64,000 bases of DNA from Bacillales bacterium UBA7029 (GCA_002494205.1 DLBE01000043.1:15893-79892), one strand, 5' to 3'; counted from the stretch's first letter, positions 44,721 through 53,944 are shown. Notes: generated by a model not told the origin, from the letters alone. Translations and numbers: made by a program.

Positions 44721-46901
44721 ATGGGTTGGTTTGAAGAGCAAGTAAAACAAAGAAAAGAACTCGATGCAAAAACATTCGAAGAATCTTTCATGTCGCTTGC
44801 TGGATTAAAAGTCGATAATAAAGAAAGTTTGACTGACGAACAAATAAAAGATAACTTTGTTATTAGTCAAATACTTTCATATTTCAACCATCAACCTATT
44901 GATATTCCAAAGTCTATTGATAATTTTGAAGATAAATTAAATTATGTTATTTCACAAACGGATTTCGTTTATAGAAAGATCAATTTAGATAAATCTTATT
45001 CCGACAATAACAAGTTTCCAATCCTTATTTTTGTCCCATTTAATAACTCTCCAGTTTTACTTTTCCCTAAAGGAAAGGATAAATACTATTATATAAATTA
45101 CGCGACAGGAAAAAGAGCTACTATTGATTCTTATTTAGTGAACGGACTAGAACTTGAAGCATATACTTTCTATCGTCCACTTCCAAAATCAAAAATTTCA
45201 TTTAAAGGCTACGCTTCTTACTTAAAGAAATCGGTTAAACCATTGGATTTAATTTTGCTTATTTTGTTCACAATTGCCGCCTCTGGTGTCGGACTTTTAA
45301 TCCCTTTTCTCACTAAGAGATTGACAGGTGAAGTTGTTAGCAAAGGTGAAATCCCATTCTTTATTTTAATTTCAAGTTTTGTTGTAACCGCTGCAACAGG
45401 TTTACTTTTAGTAAAAGCGGTTCAGTCTTTTATCAATATTAAAGTTTCAACTAAGATTGAGAAGTCTATTCAAGAAGCCACAATGATGAGAGTTTTATCT
45501 CTCCCAGCTTCTTTCTTTAAGAAACATAATACCGGTGAACTTGGCTTAAGATTTAGCAATGTAGTCTTTTTAGCAAGATTAATCATTGCTGGAATGTTTA
45601 CAACGCTAACTTCGGTTATCATGTCTTTTGCTTATGTATTCCAATTAATTGGTTTTGCCCCATCCTTAATTTGGCCTGTTGTACTAATTTTATTAGTGAA
45701 CACAAGTTTTACAATTTTAATTTCTTTTATTCAGAAAGAATATGCTAAAAAACAACTTGAACTAAGCGCTAAAGAAGCTGGTGTTACTTATGAAATGATT
45801 AATGGCATCCAAAAGATTAGACTTTCCGGAAGCGAAAAACGTATTTTTGCAAAATGGGCTAGTGCTTATTCTAAGAGTGCAAAACTTAAATATAATCCTC
45901 CTATGATTTTAAAACTTAGTGGAGCATTGTCCTTATTAATTTCATTATTAGGTACTCTACTTATTTATTTTGTGGCCGCCAAAAACAACATTGATGCAAG
46001 TAGTTACATGGCATTTATGTCTAGCTATGGTGTTTTATCTGCTGCTTTTGCATCTTTATCTCAAGTTGCTAGTACATTATTTACTATTCAACCAATTTAT
46101 GAAATGGCTCGCCCAATTTTGGAAAGCGAACCTGAATCTAATGAAGGAAAAATTGAACTTAAACACATTACTGGAAATATCACAATTAAAGATGTCTCCT
46201 TTAGATACACTGAAACTGGTCCACTTATCTTAAATAAGTTTAATTTAGACATTAAAGAAGGCGAATATCTTGCAATAGTTGGTCAAACAGGTTGTGGTAA
46301 ATCTACATTGGTGAGACTTTTACTTGGTTTTGAAAAACCTATAAATGGTGAAGTATTATATGATAATATAAACATTAATGATGTTAATTTAACTTCATTA
46401 AGAAAGAATATTGGTACTGTTATGCAAAATGGAACTTTATTCCATGCTGATATTCTATCTAACATCATTATTTCTAACCCGAGTCTAAAAAACGAAGATG
46501 CTTGGGAAGCAGCGGAGATTGCTAATATTGCCGAAGATATTAGAGAAATGCCAATGGGAATGAGAACTGTTATATCGGAAGGTCAAGGTGGTATCTCTGG
46601 TGGTCAAAAACAAAGGATTATGATTGCTAGAGCAATCGTCCATAAACCTAAAATTCTCATCTTTGATGAGGCAACATCCGCTTTAGATAATAAAACCCAA
46701 AAATCTATTTCAGATTCAATCAGTAAACTCAATTGTACACGTATTGTAATCGCGCATAGACTATCGACAATTAAAAATGCTGATCGAATTATTATGCTTG
46801 AGGGTGGCAAAATTATAGAGCAAGGAGATTATAAAACTTTGATTGCTAAAAATGGCAAGTTTGCTGAACTTGTTGAAAGACAAAGACTTGATACTAATTA
46901 G
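44721..46901 (+). CDS. partner ABC transporter with a degenerate, Cys-less C39-like N-terminal domain
   Basis: 726 aa; the N-terminal ~150 aa lack a catalytic Cys; 6 TM; Walker A GQTGCGKST; ISGGQKQR; IFDEATSALD. SD AAAGGAG. Confidence 0.85.
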   Translation: MGWFEEQVKQRKELDAKTFEESFMSLAGLKVDNKESLTDEQIKDNFVISQILSYFNHQPIDIPKSIDNFEDKLNYVISQTDFVYRKINLDKSYSDNNKFPILIFVPFNNSPVLLFPKGKDKYYYINYATGKRATIDSYLVNGLELEAYTFYRPLPKSKISFKGYASYLKKSVKPLDLILLILFTIAASGVGLLIPFLTKRLTGEVVSKGEIPFFILISSFVVTAATGLLLVKAVQSFINIKVSTKIEKSIQEATMMRVLSLPASFFKKHNTGELGLRFSNVVFLARLIIAGMFTTLTSVIMSFAYVFQLIGFAPSLIWPVVLILLVNTSFTILISFIQKEYAKKQLELSAKEAGVTYEMINGIQKIRLSGSEKRIFAKWASAYSKSAKLKYNPPMILKLSGALSLLISLLGTLLIYFVAAKNNIDASSYMAFMSSYGVLSAAFASLSQVASTLFTIQPIYEMARPILESEPESNEGKIELKHITGNITIKDVSFRYTETGPLILNKFNLDIKEGEYLAIVGQTGCGKSTLVRLLLGFEKPINGEVLYDNININDVNLTSLRKNIGTVMQNGTLFHADILSNIIISNPSLKNEDAWEAAEIANIAEDIREMPMGMRTVISEGQGGISGGQKQRIMIARAIVHKPKILIFDEATSALDNKTQKSISDSISKLNCTRIVIAHRLSTIKNADRIIMLEGGKIIEQGDYKTLIAKNGKFAELVERQRLDTN

Positions 46902-46915
46902 TGGAGGCTAATAAT

Positions 46916-47203
46916 ATGAAACATAGTTTAGAAAAAGATGTACTTACACTCTTCTTAGAAGGAGAACTTAATTCTTTTAATTCTGAAGATGTTGAGAAAG
47001 AAATTGAAGAAATACTTAAAACAAATTCCTTTAAATCAATTGTTTTAGATTTAAAAGATTTGACTTATATTTCATCTGCTGGTCTTAGAATAATTATTAG
47101 ACTTAAACAACAATGTGATAATACTTCAATTATTCACACTCCAAAGGATGTTTTAAATATTTTTAAAATGGTAGGATTTACTAGTATTTTAAAAATTGAT
47201 TAA
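46916..47203 (+). CDS. STAS-domain protein (anti-sigma-factor antagonist, SpoIIAA/RsbV-like)
   Basis: LDLKDLTYISSAGLRIIIRL contains the conserved phosphorylatable Ser region. SD GTGGAGG 8 nt upstream of ATG 46916. Confidence 0.75.
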   Translation: MKHSLEKDVLTLFLEGELNSFNSEDVEKEIEEILKTNSFKSIVLDLKDLTYISSAGLRIIIRLKQQCDNTSIIHTPKDVLNIFKMVGFTSILKID

Positions 47204-47205
47204 TT

Positions 47206-49056
47206 ATGGCTTTAAAAGAAAGACAATTTGTTGACGCTTATCATGATAATGAAGCAGATGCCAATAGGCATATGTCTTTTGTTAATGCAGCTGCTGGTAT
47301 TTTGGCTTTAATTATTTGGGCTTTGTATTTAGCAAGAGTATTTACAATTCCTGATCATTTTTTCCCAGTTGTCATGATTTTATTCCCTACAGCAGCAGTA
47401 TTGTTATTTGTGCCACTTTTTCTTGTGAAAACTGATCTTGTAAGAAGACCTGCTTATAAATACTTTATAATATTTTCACTTTTGGCTGTTGTTATTGCAT
47501 TAAATATATCAATTCCAAAACATTCTCTTTTATTTTGGCCCTTTATTATTTTAATCGCGAATCACTATTACAATCCTACGCTAGGGCGTGTAGTTTATGT
47601 TGTGACTATTGTTGCAATGCTTATTTGCATGTATTTAGGCATGTTTTTTGGTGAATTTGATGAAAACTTATTTGGTGGTGGTGTCATTTTAAAAGATGGT
47701 ACAATCGGAACAGTTGAAACATTTACTGAACGAAAAGAGCTTCTAGATCAACTTGCTAAAAACGGAAATAACCGTTACATTAAAGCTCTTATTTTCTATT
47801 ATTTCCCTAGAGCGATGATTGTTACATTGTTCTTTATGGTAAGTAATCTTTTAAACAAAAGAACATATAAACTGCTTGATGCTGAAATTAGAGCTCACGA
47901 CGAACAAGAAAAAGCAAAAACAGAGCTAGAAGTTGCTAAAGGCATCCAACTAAATACACTTCCAGGTGAATTTGCGTCTAATGACGGTGTAGAAATCTTA
48001 GGTGAACTAAGAGCCGCAAAAGAAGTTGGTGGAGATCTTTATGATTATGTTGATATTGATAAAGACCACGTCGCTATTTTAATTGGAGATGTTTCTGGTA
48101 AAGGCGTTCCTGCTGCTATGTTTATGATGAAGACAATCACTTCATTTAGAGACTTTGCAACTAAAGGAAAAAGCCCATCTGAAATTCTTAAAGCAGTTAA
48201 TAAATCAATTTTTAAAGGAAATACTGACTTCATGTTTGTAACTTGTTTCCTTGCTATTTTAGACAAAATAACAGGCAAACTTGTTTATGCAAATGCAGGT
48301 CATAATCCACCTATTATTGGTTCAAATAAAAATTATAAATTTTTAAATAGTAAACCTGGTTTAATTTTAGGCTGTTTTGAGAATTCAAATGTTGTTGATG
48401 AAGAAATTATTTTAAAACCAGGTGAGACTATTACTTTATATACTGACGGAATTACTGAAGCAAAAAACGGAGAAGGAAAACTATTTGGTGAAAGTAGATT
48501 CCTTAATGTTTTTAATAAGAAAAACTACACTTGCACAATTGAGCTCCATAGTCAGATTAAAGATGAAATTGCAGAATTTGTTAAAGATGCACCTCAAAGT
48601 GACGATATAACAATTTTAACATTAAGATATAAAGGTGATAATTTACAATACGATCAAAAACATTTTGAAGCCAAAAAAGAAAATACCGTCGATATTCTTG
48701 GCTTCATTAAAGATTTCTCTGCAAGACATAATTTTTCAGGCGAATTTACAAATAAACTTTTGATAGTAGGTGACGAACTTGCCTCAAATATTATCAACCA
48801 TGGTTATAAAAATAACGGTGGACCTATCTTTATTCGTTTACTTTTTAATGAAGATAAAAAAGAATTTGTATTAACAATTATCGATAGTGCTGTTGAATTT
48901 AATCAACTAGAGGTTGAGGACACCCCAATTTCTGGAGAAGCTAAAAAACAAAAAATTGGCGGACTTGGTTTACTAATTGTTAAAAACATTATGGATGAAT
49001 ATTCTTATCAAAGAGTGAACAATAAGAACATCTTGGTATTAAAGAAAAACCTTTAA
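47206..49056 (+). CDS. membrane sensor fused to a PP2C (SpoIIE/RsbU-type) phosphatase and a GHKL anti-sigma-factor-type Ser kinase
   Basis: 616 aa; ~5 N-terminal TM; PP2C motifs GDVSGKGVPAAMFMM ... TDGITEA ... DDITIL; C-terminal HATPase_c of RsbW type ELASNIINHGY ... GGLGLLIVKNIMDE. Confidence 0.75.
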   Translation: MALKERQFVDAYHDNEADANRHMSFVNAAAGILALIIWALYLARVFTIPDHFFPVVMILFPTAAVLLFVPLFLVKTDLVRRPAYKYFIIFSLLAVVIALNISIPKHSLLFWPFIILIANHYYNPTLGRVVYVVTIVAMLICMYLGMFFGEFDENLFGGGVILKDGTIGTVETFTERKELLDQLAKNGNNRYIKALIFYYFPRAMIVTLFFMVSNLLNKRTYKLLDAEIRAHDEQEKAKTELEVAKGIQLNTLPGEFASNDGVEILGELRAAKEVGGDLYDYVDIDKDHVAILIGDVSGKGVPAAMFMMKTITSFRDFATKGKSPSEILKAVNKSIFKGNTDFMFVTCFLAILDKITGKLVYANAGHNPPIIGSNKNYKFLNSKPGLILGCFENSNVVDEEIILKPGETITLYTDGITEAKNGEGKLFGESRFLNVFNKKNYTCTIELHSQIKDEIAEFVKDAPQSDDITILTLRYKGDNLQYDQKHFEAKKENTVDILGFIKDFSARHNFSGEFTNKLLIVGDELASNIINHGYKNNGGPIFIRLLFNEDKKEFVLTIIDSAVEFNQLEVEDTPISGEAKKQKIGGLGLLIVKNIMDEYSYQRVNNKNILVLKKNL

Positions 49057-49114
49057 TGAATAGACACAAAAATAAGAAATTTAAGGGAATTCCTGGGGAT
49101 TTTGCAAAAAAAGA

Positions 49115-49140
49115 AAAGCACAAATAAGTGCTTTTTTCTT
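49115..49140. terminator. bidirectional terminator between the kinase/phosphatase gene and tRNA-Ser
   Basis: aaagcac-aaataa-gtgcttt hairpin with T-runs on both strands. Confidence 0.7.
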
Positions 49141-49143
49141 TCC

Positions 49144-49234
49144 TGGCGGAGTAGGCGAGGTTCGAACTCGCGCACCAGTTACCCGGTCTAACGGTTTAGC
49201 AAACCGTCCCCTTGAGCCTCTTGGGTACTACTCC
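49144..49234 (-). tRNA. tRNA-Ser (anticodon GCU)
   Basis: Reverse complement is GGAGTAGTACCCAAGAGGCTCAAGGGGACGGTTTGCTAAACCGTTAGACCGGGTAACTGGTGCGCGAGTTCGAACCTCGCCTACTCCGCCA. Confidence 0.85.
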
Positions 49235-49297
49235 AGCGAAAAGTATTATAACATTATTTTTATTTTAATAAAGCATAAACATGACTATAATGAAAAT

Positions 49298-49966
49298 ATG
49301 AAATATCCAGTAGTTGTCTACGTATTCTTAGGATTATTTTTCGTTGCATCTATTCTTCAGTTCATTTTTGCATTCACCGAAAACCAAAGATTTAGAAGAA
49401 AAGAAAAATTCGTCTGCATGTTAATGCTTGGCATTGCCGCAATTTTTGCGCTTCCAAATCAACCATTAATCTATATTGGCGCCTTTTTAGCAATGTTTGG
49501 CGACATTTTTGTTTTAAGGAAGAAAACATTTAACTTAGGTGTTGTTTGTTTCTTTGTGTCTCACTTAGCCTACATTTTTGAATGTTTATTCATGATTGTT
49601 GGAGAAGCGCATATAAGATGGTTCCATCACATAATATTTATTTTTACTTATCTTGTTGTTGCTTTAACAATGTTCGCCATACTAAAAAGAGGGAATAAGA
49701 GATCAATGCTAAATATGATTGCTCAATCCTTTTATTTCGCTATTTTAGCTGTCTATATTCCAGTATTTAGCTTTGCTATTTCAACAATAGGATCTTATAT
49801 GTTTTTATCTTTAATAGGTTCTATTGTATTTATAGTTTCTGATTCAATTCTTGTCTGGACGCACTTTGGTCACAAATTTAAAAGGTACGACTTTTATATT
49901 ATGCTGACGTACCTTGTTGCTGAATTCTTAATTATTGCTGGATTTGTATTAACGATTATCAAATAA
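49298..49966 (+). CDS. YhhN-family (lysoplasmalogenase-like) membrane protein
   Basis: 222 aa; ~7 TM; similarity to the YhhN family is moderate. Confidence 0.45.
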   Translation: MKYPVVVYVFLGLFFVASILQFIFAFTENQRFRRKEKFVCMLMLGIAAIFALPNQPLIYIGAFLAMFGDIFVLRKKTFNLGVVCFFVSHLAYIFECLFMIVGEAHIRWFHHIIFIFTYLVVALTMFAILKRGNKRSMLNMIAQSFYFAILAVYIPVFSFAISTIGSYMFLSLIGSIVFIVSDSILVWTHFGHKFKRYDFYIMLTYLVAEFLIIAGFVLTIIK

Positions 49967-50552
49967 GTTTTTTAGATCTTAAATATTCAATTAGTTGCTC
50001 CATTGCTTTGGCTCTATGAGAATATTTATTTTTTATTTCTTCTGGAGCAGTTCCGAAACATTGTTTTGCTTCATTACAGTAGAATATAGGATCATAGCCA
50101 AATCCACCTTCACCTTGAGGTTTATCTAGAATTTTGCCAGGGCAAATTCCTTTAAAAACTACTGGTCTATCTTCAACATTTAATAAAGTAATTACACAGG
50201 TAAAAAAAGCAGATTTATCAGGAAATTCCGCTAATTTTTCAATTAATTTTAAATTTGCGACAGCATTTCCGCCCCATGAATCAGCAAATCTAGAAGAGTG
50301 AATTCCAGGGAAGTTATTTAAAGCCACTACATTAAGTCCAGAATCATCAGCTATAACAGGCATTTTGGTAAATTCCGCTAATGCTTTAGCTTTAATTAGA
50401 GAGTTTTCTTCGTAAGTTGTTCCGTTTTCGTCTGGATTTACATTAATACCAAGCTCTTTAGGAGAATGAACTTTAACTTCATAACCAGAAAACATTTCTT
50501 GGTATTCTTTAATTTTGTGTTGATTATTGGATGCAACTAATAAATCAAACAT
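49959..50552 (-). CDS. rdgB: non-canonical purine NTP pyrophosphatase (RdgB/HAM1)
   Basis: LLVASNNQHKIKEY ... FGYDPIF motifs. Confidence 0.9.
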   Translation of the reverse strand: MFDLLVASNNQHKIKEYQEMFSGYEVKVHSPKELGINVNPDENGTTYEENSLIKAKALAEFTKMPVIADDSGLNVVALNNFPGIHSSRFADSWGGNAVANLKLIEKLAEFPDKSAFFTCVITLLNVEDRPVVFKGICPGKILDKPQGEGGFGYDPIFYCNEAKQCFGTAPEEIKNKYSHRAKAMEQLIEYLRSKKLI

Positions 50553-50553
50553 A

Positions 50554-51573
50554 TTAAATTAATTTAACTCCTGCTGATGCAAGTGCGAGATAAACGATGT
50601 ATGAAGAGATTAATAAAGTAGCAATAGAATATAAAATAATTCGTGATTTAATGTCATCTTTGAAGAATTTTGATCTAATAAAGAGAATGGAAACAACAGT
50701 TAAAACAAGCGCAATTGCTGTTCCGATAATTAACATTAGTGAATCTGAAGTAATGTGATATAAAGGACCAGCATTAAATGAAATTGCATCAGCAAGTGCA
50801 AGAATGATCACATTGAATACACAGCTTCCAAGAATATCGCCATAAGCGGCATCAAAGTTTTTCTTCTTACAAAGAGAAATGGTGGCGGTGACTTCTGGTA
50901 AAGAGGTAGCAACACCAAGGAATAATGAACCACCGAATGTATTTCCGATTTTAAATTCAGTAACAATTTGTTCTGTTACATAAGTAACAGAGACAGAAGC
51001 ACCTATTAAGAGAACTGAGAAAATTGCGAGTAAAATCCAGATTTGCTTAACTGTAAGTTTTGATGTAGTTTCTTCTTTTTCTTCCTTCTCTTCAGTTTTA
51101 GGAGTAAGAATTACTGAAACAACATAAATGGCAATTATTAAAATTGACATTGGGTTAAACCACTCTCCTAATAACCAACCGTTTTTGTCAAAGACAAAAG
51201 CAGCGACAGTCACAGTAATTAGCATTAAAAATATAAATATTGATGTAATATAATGCTGTTTACCAACTTTACCTTGCACAAATTTCTTAAAGAACAAGAA
51301 ATACACAACACCAAAAATAACGATGTCAAAAAAGTCACTTCCCATGATATTTCCGAGAACAAGTTGGTTATCATTAACAAGTAGTGTACCTGTTAAAGAA
51401 GTAAATAATTCAGGTAAAGAAGTAACGCCTGCTAAAAGTATTCCACCAAGTAATGCACCAGAAACTTTTGTCTTTTTGTCTAATAAATCGACATAGTTTG
51501 CAAGTTTAATTGATAAGAATACAACAAGAGATGCTAGTACCGCATAAATTAATAGCCAGAATATTGGATTCAT
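50554..51573 (-). CDS. CaCA-family sodium/calcium antiporter (YrbG-like)
   Basis: Two alpha-repeats with GTSLPEL / ATSLPE signatures; 339 aa. Confidence 0.8.
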   Translation of the reverse strand: MNPIFWLLIYAVLASLVVFLSIKLANYVDLLDKKTKVSGALLGGILLAGVTSLPELFTSLTGTLLVNDNQLVLGNIMGSDFFDIVIFGVVYFLFFKKFVQGKVGKQHYITSIFIFLMLITVTVAAFVFDKNGWLLGEWFNPMSILIIAIYVVSVILTPKTEEKEEKEETTSKLTVKQIWILLAIFSVLLIGASVSVTYVTEQIVTEFKIGNTFGGSLFLGVATSLPEVTATISLCKKKNFDAAYGDILGSCVFNVIILALADAISFNAGPLYHITSDSLMLIIGTAIALVLTVVSILFIRSKFFKDDIKSRIILYSIATLLISSYIVYLALASAGVKLI

Positions 51574-51581
51574 AATTAAAA

Positions 51582-51625
51582 ATTATAGTTTAAATATTCT
51601 CTATTTCAATTCAAAAATTGAAATA
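51582..51625 (-). promoter_or_regulatory. promoter TTGAAA-17-TATAAT placed 8 nt before the antiporter ATG (leaderless), with a 9-bp inverted repeat ATTTCAATT/AATTGAAAT over the -35
   Basis: Minus-strand -10 equals plus 51582-51587; -35 equals plus 51605-51610; IR at 51604-51612 / 51617-51625. Confidence 0.45.
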
Positions 51626-51648
51626 AAAAAACACTGACAAAGTCAGTG
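51621..51648 (-). terminator. intrinsic terminator downstream of the tRNA-Asp/Gly pair
   Basis: cactgac-aaa-gtcagtg hairpin followed by ttttttt on the minus strand. Confidence 0.65.
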
Positions 51649-51759
51649 ATTTTTGTAAGCTTCAATCACCTTAAGCTTAAAATTAACATCAAATTTGAAC
51701 ATAAATAAAACCCCATTTTCTTTCAAATTTTTGTCCAGAAATTGGGGTACTATTTATAA

Positions 51760-51833
51760 TGGAGCAGATGGCGGGAATCGAACCCGTGTAGTCAGCTTGG
51801 AAGGCTGAAGTTCTACCATTGAACTACATCTGC
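51760..51833 (-). tRNA. tRNA-Gly (anticodon UCC)
   Basis: Reverse complement is GCAGATGTAGTTCAATGGTAGAACTTCAGCCTTCCAAGCTGACTACACGGGTTCGATTCCCGCCATCTGCTCCA. Confidence 0.85.
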
Positions 51834-51837
51834 ATTC

Positions 51838-51913
51838 TGGCGGATCATACGAGAGTCGAACTCGTCTCGCCTCCGTGACAGGGAGGCATCATAAACCGAT
51901 AGACCAATGATCC
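51838..51913 (-). tRNA. tRNA-Asp (anticodon GUC)
   Basis: Reverse complement is GGATCATTGGTCTATCGGTTTATGATGCCTCCCTGTCACGGAGGCGAGACGAGTTCGACTCTCGTATGATCCGCCA. Anticodon stem CCTCC/GGAGG, loop CTGTCAC. The D-stem has one mismatch. Confidence 0.75.
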
Positions 51914-51963
51914 TTTCAGCGAGAAAAATAATATCACACTGTTTTAATTTATTAAAGAGTTTT

Positions 51964-52272
51964 TTACTTAACAAATTCTTTAAGAGTCTCGATTGGCATA
52001 TAACCTAATTGTTTATTAACAAACTTGCCATCTTTAAAGACCATTAATGTTGGAATAGACATGACTCTAAATTGTCTTGCGAGTTCAGGAACCTCATCAA
52101 CATCAATTTTTACAACCTTAATATTTGTTTCGTTTGTAAATTGTTCAAGAACTGGTGCAAGCATTTGGCATGGCCCACACCATTCAGCAAAGAAATCTAC
52201 TAAAACAATATCCCCTTGGACTTCTTTTTCGAATTCGTCAGCATTTTGTAAATGTTTAATCATAATTTTCAC
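51964..52272 (-). CDS. trxA: thioredoxin
   Basis: WCGPC active site; 102 aa. Confidence 0.95.
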   Translation of the reverse strand: MKIMIKHLQNADEFEKEVQGDIVLVDFFAEWCGPCQMLAPVLEQFTNETNIKVVKIDVDEVPELARQFRVMSIPTLMVFKDGKFVNKQLGYMPIETLKEFVK

Positions 52273-52279
52273 CCCGCTA

Positions 52280-53131
52280 TTATATTAAAAGAAAAATTAA
52301 AAATAATAAAATAAGATGCGCTGGAAAATAAATATAGCATCCATATTGAAACCATTTTGGATTGTAGCCACGTTTTCCGGAATAAAACAAAATTGGGATA
52401 AATGCAAAAAGTGCATAGAACTGCCATTCTATTCGAGAAAGAACATAAACAGTGTAAGAATCAAAAACCATTATAAGAATAGTTAAAATTATTAATGAAG
52501 TAGCGCTTATAACATTATATGTTATTTGTTCATAGGTGGTGCCAATAAAAACTTTCGTTTCTTCTTTCGAATTGAAGAAGATTTTTGCTAACGAGTGAGA
52601 ATAATAGAAAACAATTCCAAGTAACGGCCCAAAAATCAAATAATCAGGTCTAAGAACAAATGGAATCCAATCAATAGGTTTATGATTTACAAATTCTAAA
52701 TAACGAATAACATAACAAAGAATAACCCATGCAAATGGAAGTATCGCCATCAATGACCACTTATCTTTTCTTTTTAATAAGTAAACAATAGAGGCAGTTA
52801 ATATTAAATCGATTGCTGGAGAATACATTGTTATAGCATTTGTTTTGTCGATTGCGTAAAAAACTAATTGCCCAACCATAAAAGCTCCAGCTAAGATTCC
52901 TAATCTAATAAAGTACTTACCAATGTGTTTTGAATGGATGATTCCTTCAACAAGTAAAAAGATAATTAAAGGGAATGAAAAACGACCCAAAAGTCTAAAA
53001 ATACTAGCGATTTCCTGACAATTTTCAACTTCTTCAAGGAAAAAACCGATATGATCTAGAGTCATGAAAACGATGGCTAATATCTTTAACACAAAGCCAT
53101 CGAGAATATTAAAATGTCTAGTCTTTTCCAT
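52280..53131 (-). CDS. TraX-family membrane protein
   Basis: LKILAIVFMTLDHIGFF resembles the TraX family N-terminus; polytopic. Confidence 0.5.
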   Translation of the reverse strand: MEKTRHFNILDGFVLKILAIVFMTLDHIGFFLEEVENCQEIASIFRLLGRFSFPLIIFLLVEGIIHSKHIGKYFIRLGILAGAFMVGQLVFYAIDKTNAITMYSPAIDLILTASIVYLLKRKDKWSLMAILPFAWVILCYVIRYLEFVNHKPIDWIPFVLRPDYLIFGPLLGIVFYYSHSLAKIFFNSKEETKVFIGTTYEQITYNVISATSLIILTILIMVFDSYTVYVLSRIEWQFYALFAFIPILFYSGKRGYNPKWFQYGCYIYFPAHLILLFLIFLLI

Positions 53132-53895
53132 TATAAAAATTGAGTGAAAACAGTGAACGATAATACGTTATTAACTATGTGAGCTGTTAAGGAACCAGCA
53201 AGCCCAAACTTATCATACGTAAGAGCAAATATAAATCCAGCAAACATGTAATATGGTAAGTTTAAAAGTTCATTAATGAACGCTTTAGTGCTTGAAAGAT
53301 CGAGATTGAAATGAATAAAAGCAAAAATTAGTGTGCTAACTATATAAGCAAAAACATTTGATCTTCTTTTGCATAACGAGAATAAGCCAACTCGGTATGT
53401 TAATTCTTCACATATAGGAGCAATAATGCCAAATAAAACAATGGAGGTCATTGTGTATTTTGCAGCAGCATTATCAAGCGCCTCTTGATTGGCGTTACTT
53501 GTCGCTTTAATTCCAAGTAAATTTATTAAATTTCCATACAAAACATTGAAGGCAAATATAGCTCCAAAACAAATTAGACCTGCAATATATGGCATAACTT
53601 TCTTAAATGATGGTGTTAACTTAACAAGATCTTTATTGGCTACAAGCACTAAAATTACGCATAAAGCAATATAACCAATTGTATTGGTAAGAATGCTTAA
53701 ATTATAAGTATCTGAATTACCAATAACCTTATTGGCCCCAACTAAAATAAATTGGATTAGAGTAGCTAAAACGTTCAGTCCAAACCACCCAATAGTAAAA
53801 AGAGCAATTTGTTTTTTAATAGGAAACATGTCTACATCAATAGGATGTTCAATGTTGCTATTTCTATATCCGTTTGTGAATCTTGGTTTTTCCAT
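53131..53895 (-). CDS. CPBP-family intramembrane metalloprotease (CAAX protease/Abi)
   Basis: EELTYRVGLFSL (EExxxR) and FAFIHF (FxxxH) motifs. Confidence 0.8.
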   Translation of the reverse strand: MEKPRFTNGYRNSNIEHPIDVDMFPIKKQIALFTIGWFGLNVLATLIQFILVGANKVIGNSDTYNLSILTNTIGYIALCVILVLVANKDLVKLTPSFKKVMPYIAGLICFGAIFAFNVLYGNLINLLGIKATSNANQEALDNAAAKYTMTSIVLFGIIAPICEELTYRVGLFSLCKRRSNVFAYIVSTLIFAFIHFNLDLSSTKAFINELLNLPYYMFAGFIFALTYDKFGLAGSLTAHIVNNVLSFTVFTQFL

Positions 53896-53944
53896 TGCTT
53901 TATATTATATGTATTTTCTTAGAAAGATAGTATAATTATTTCTA

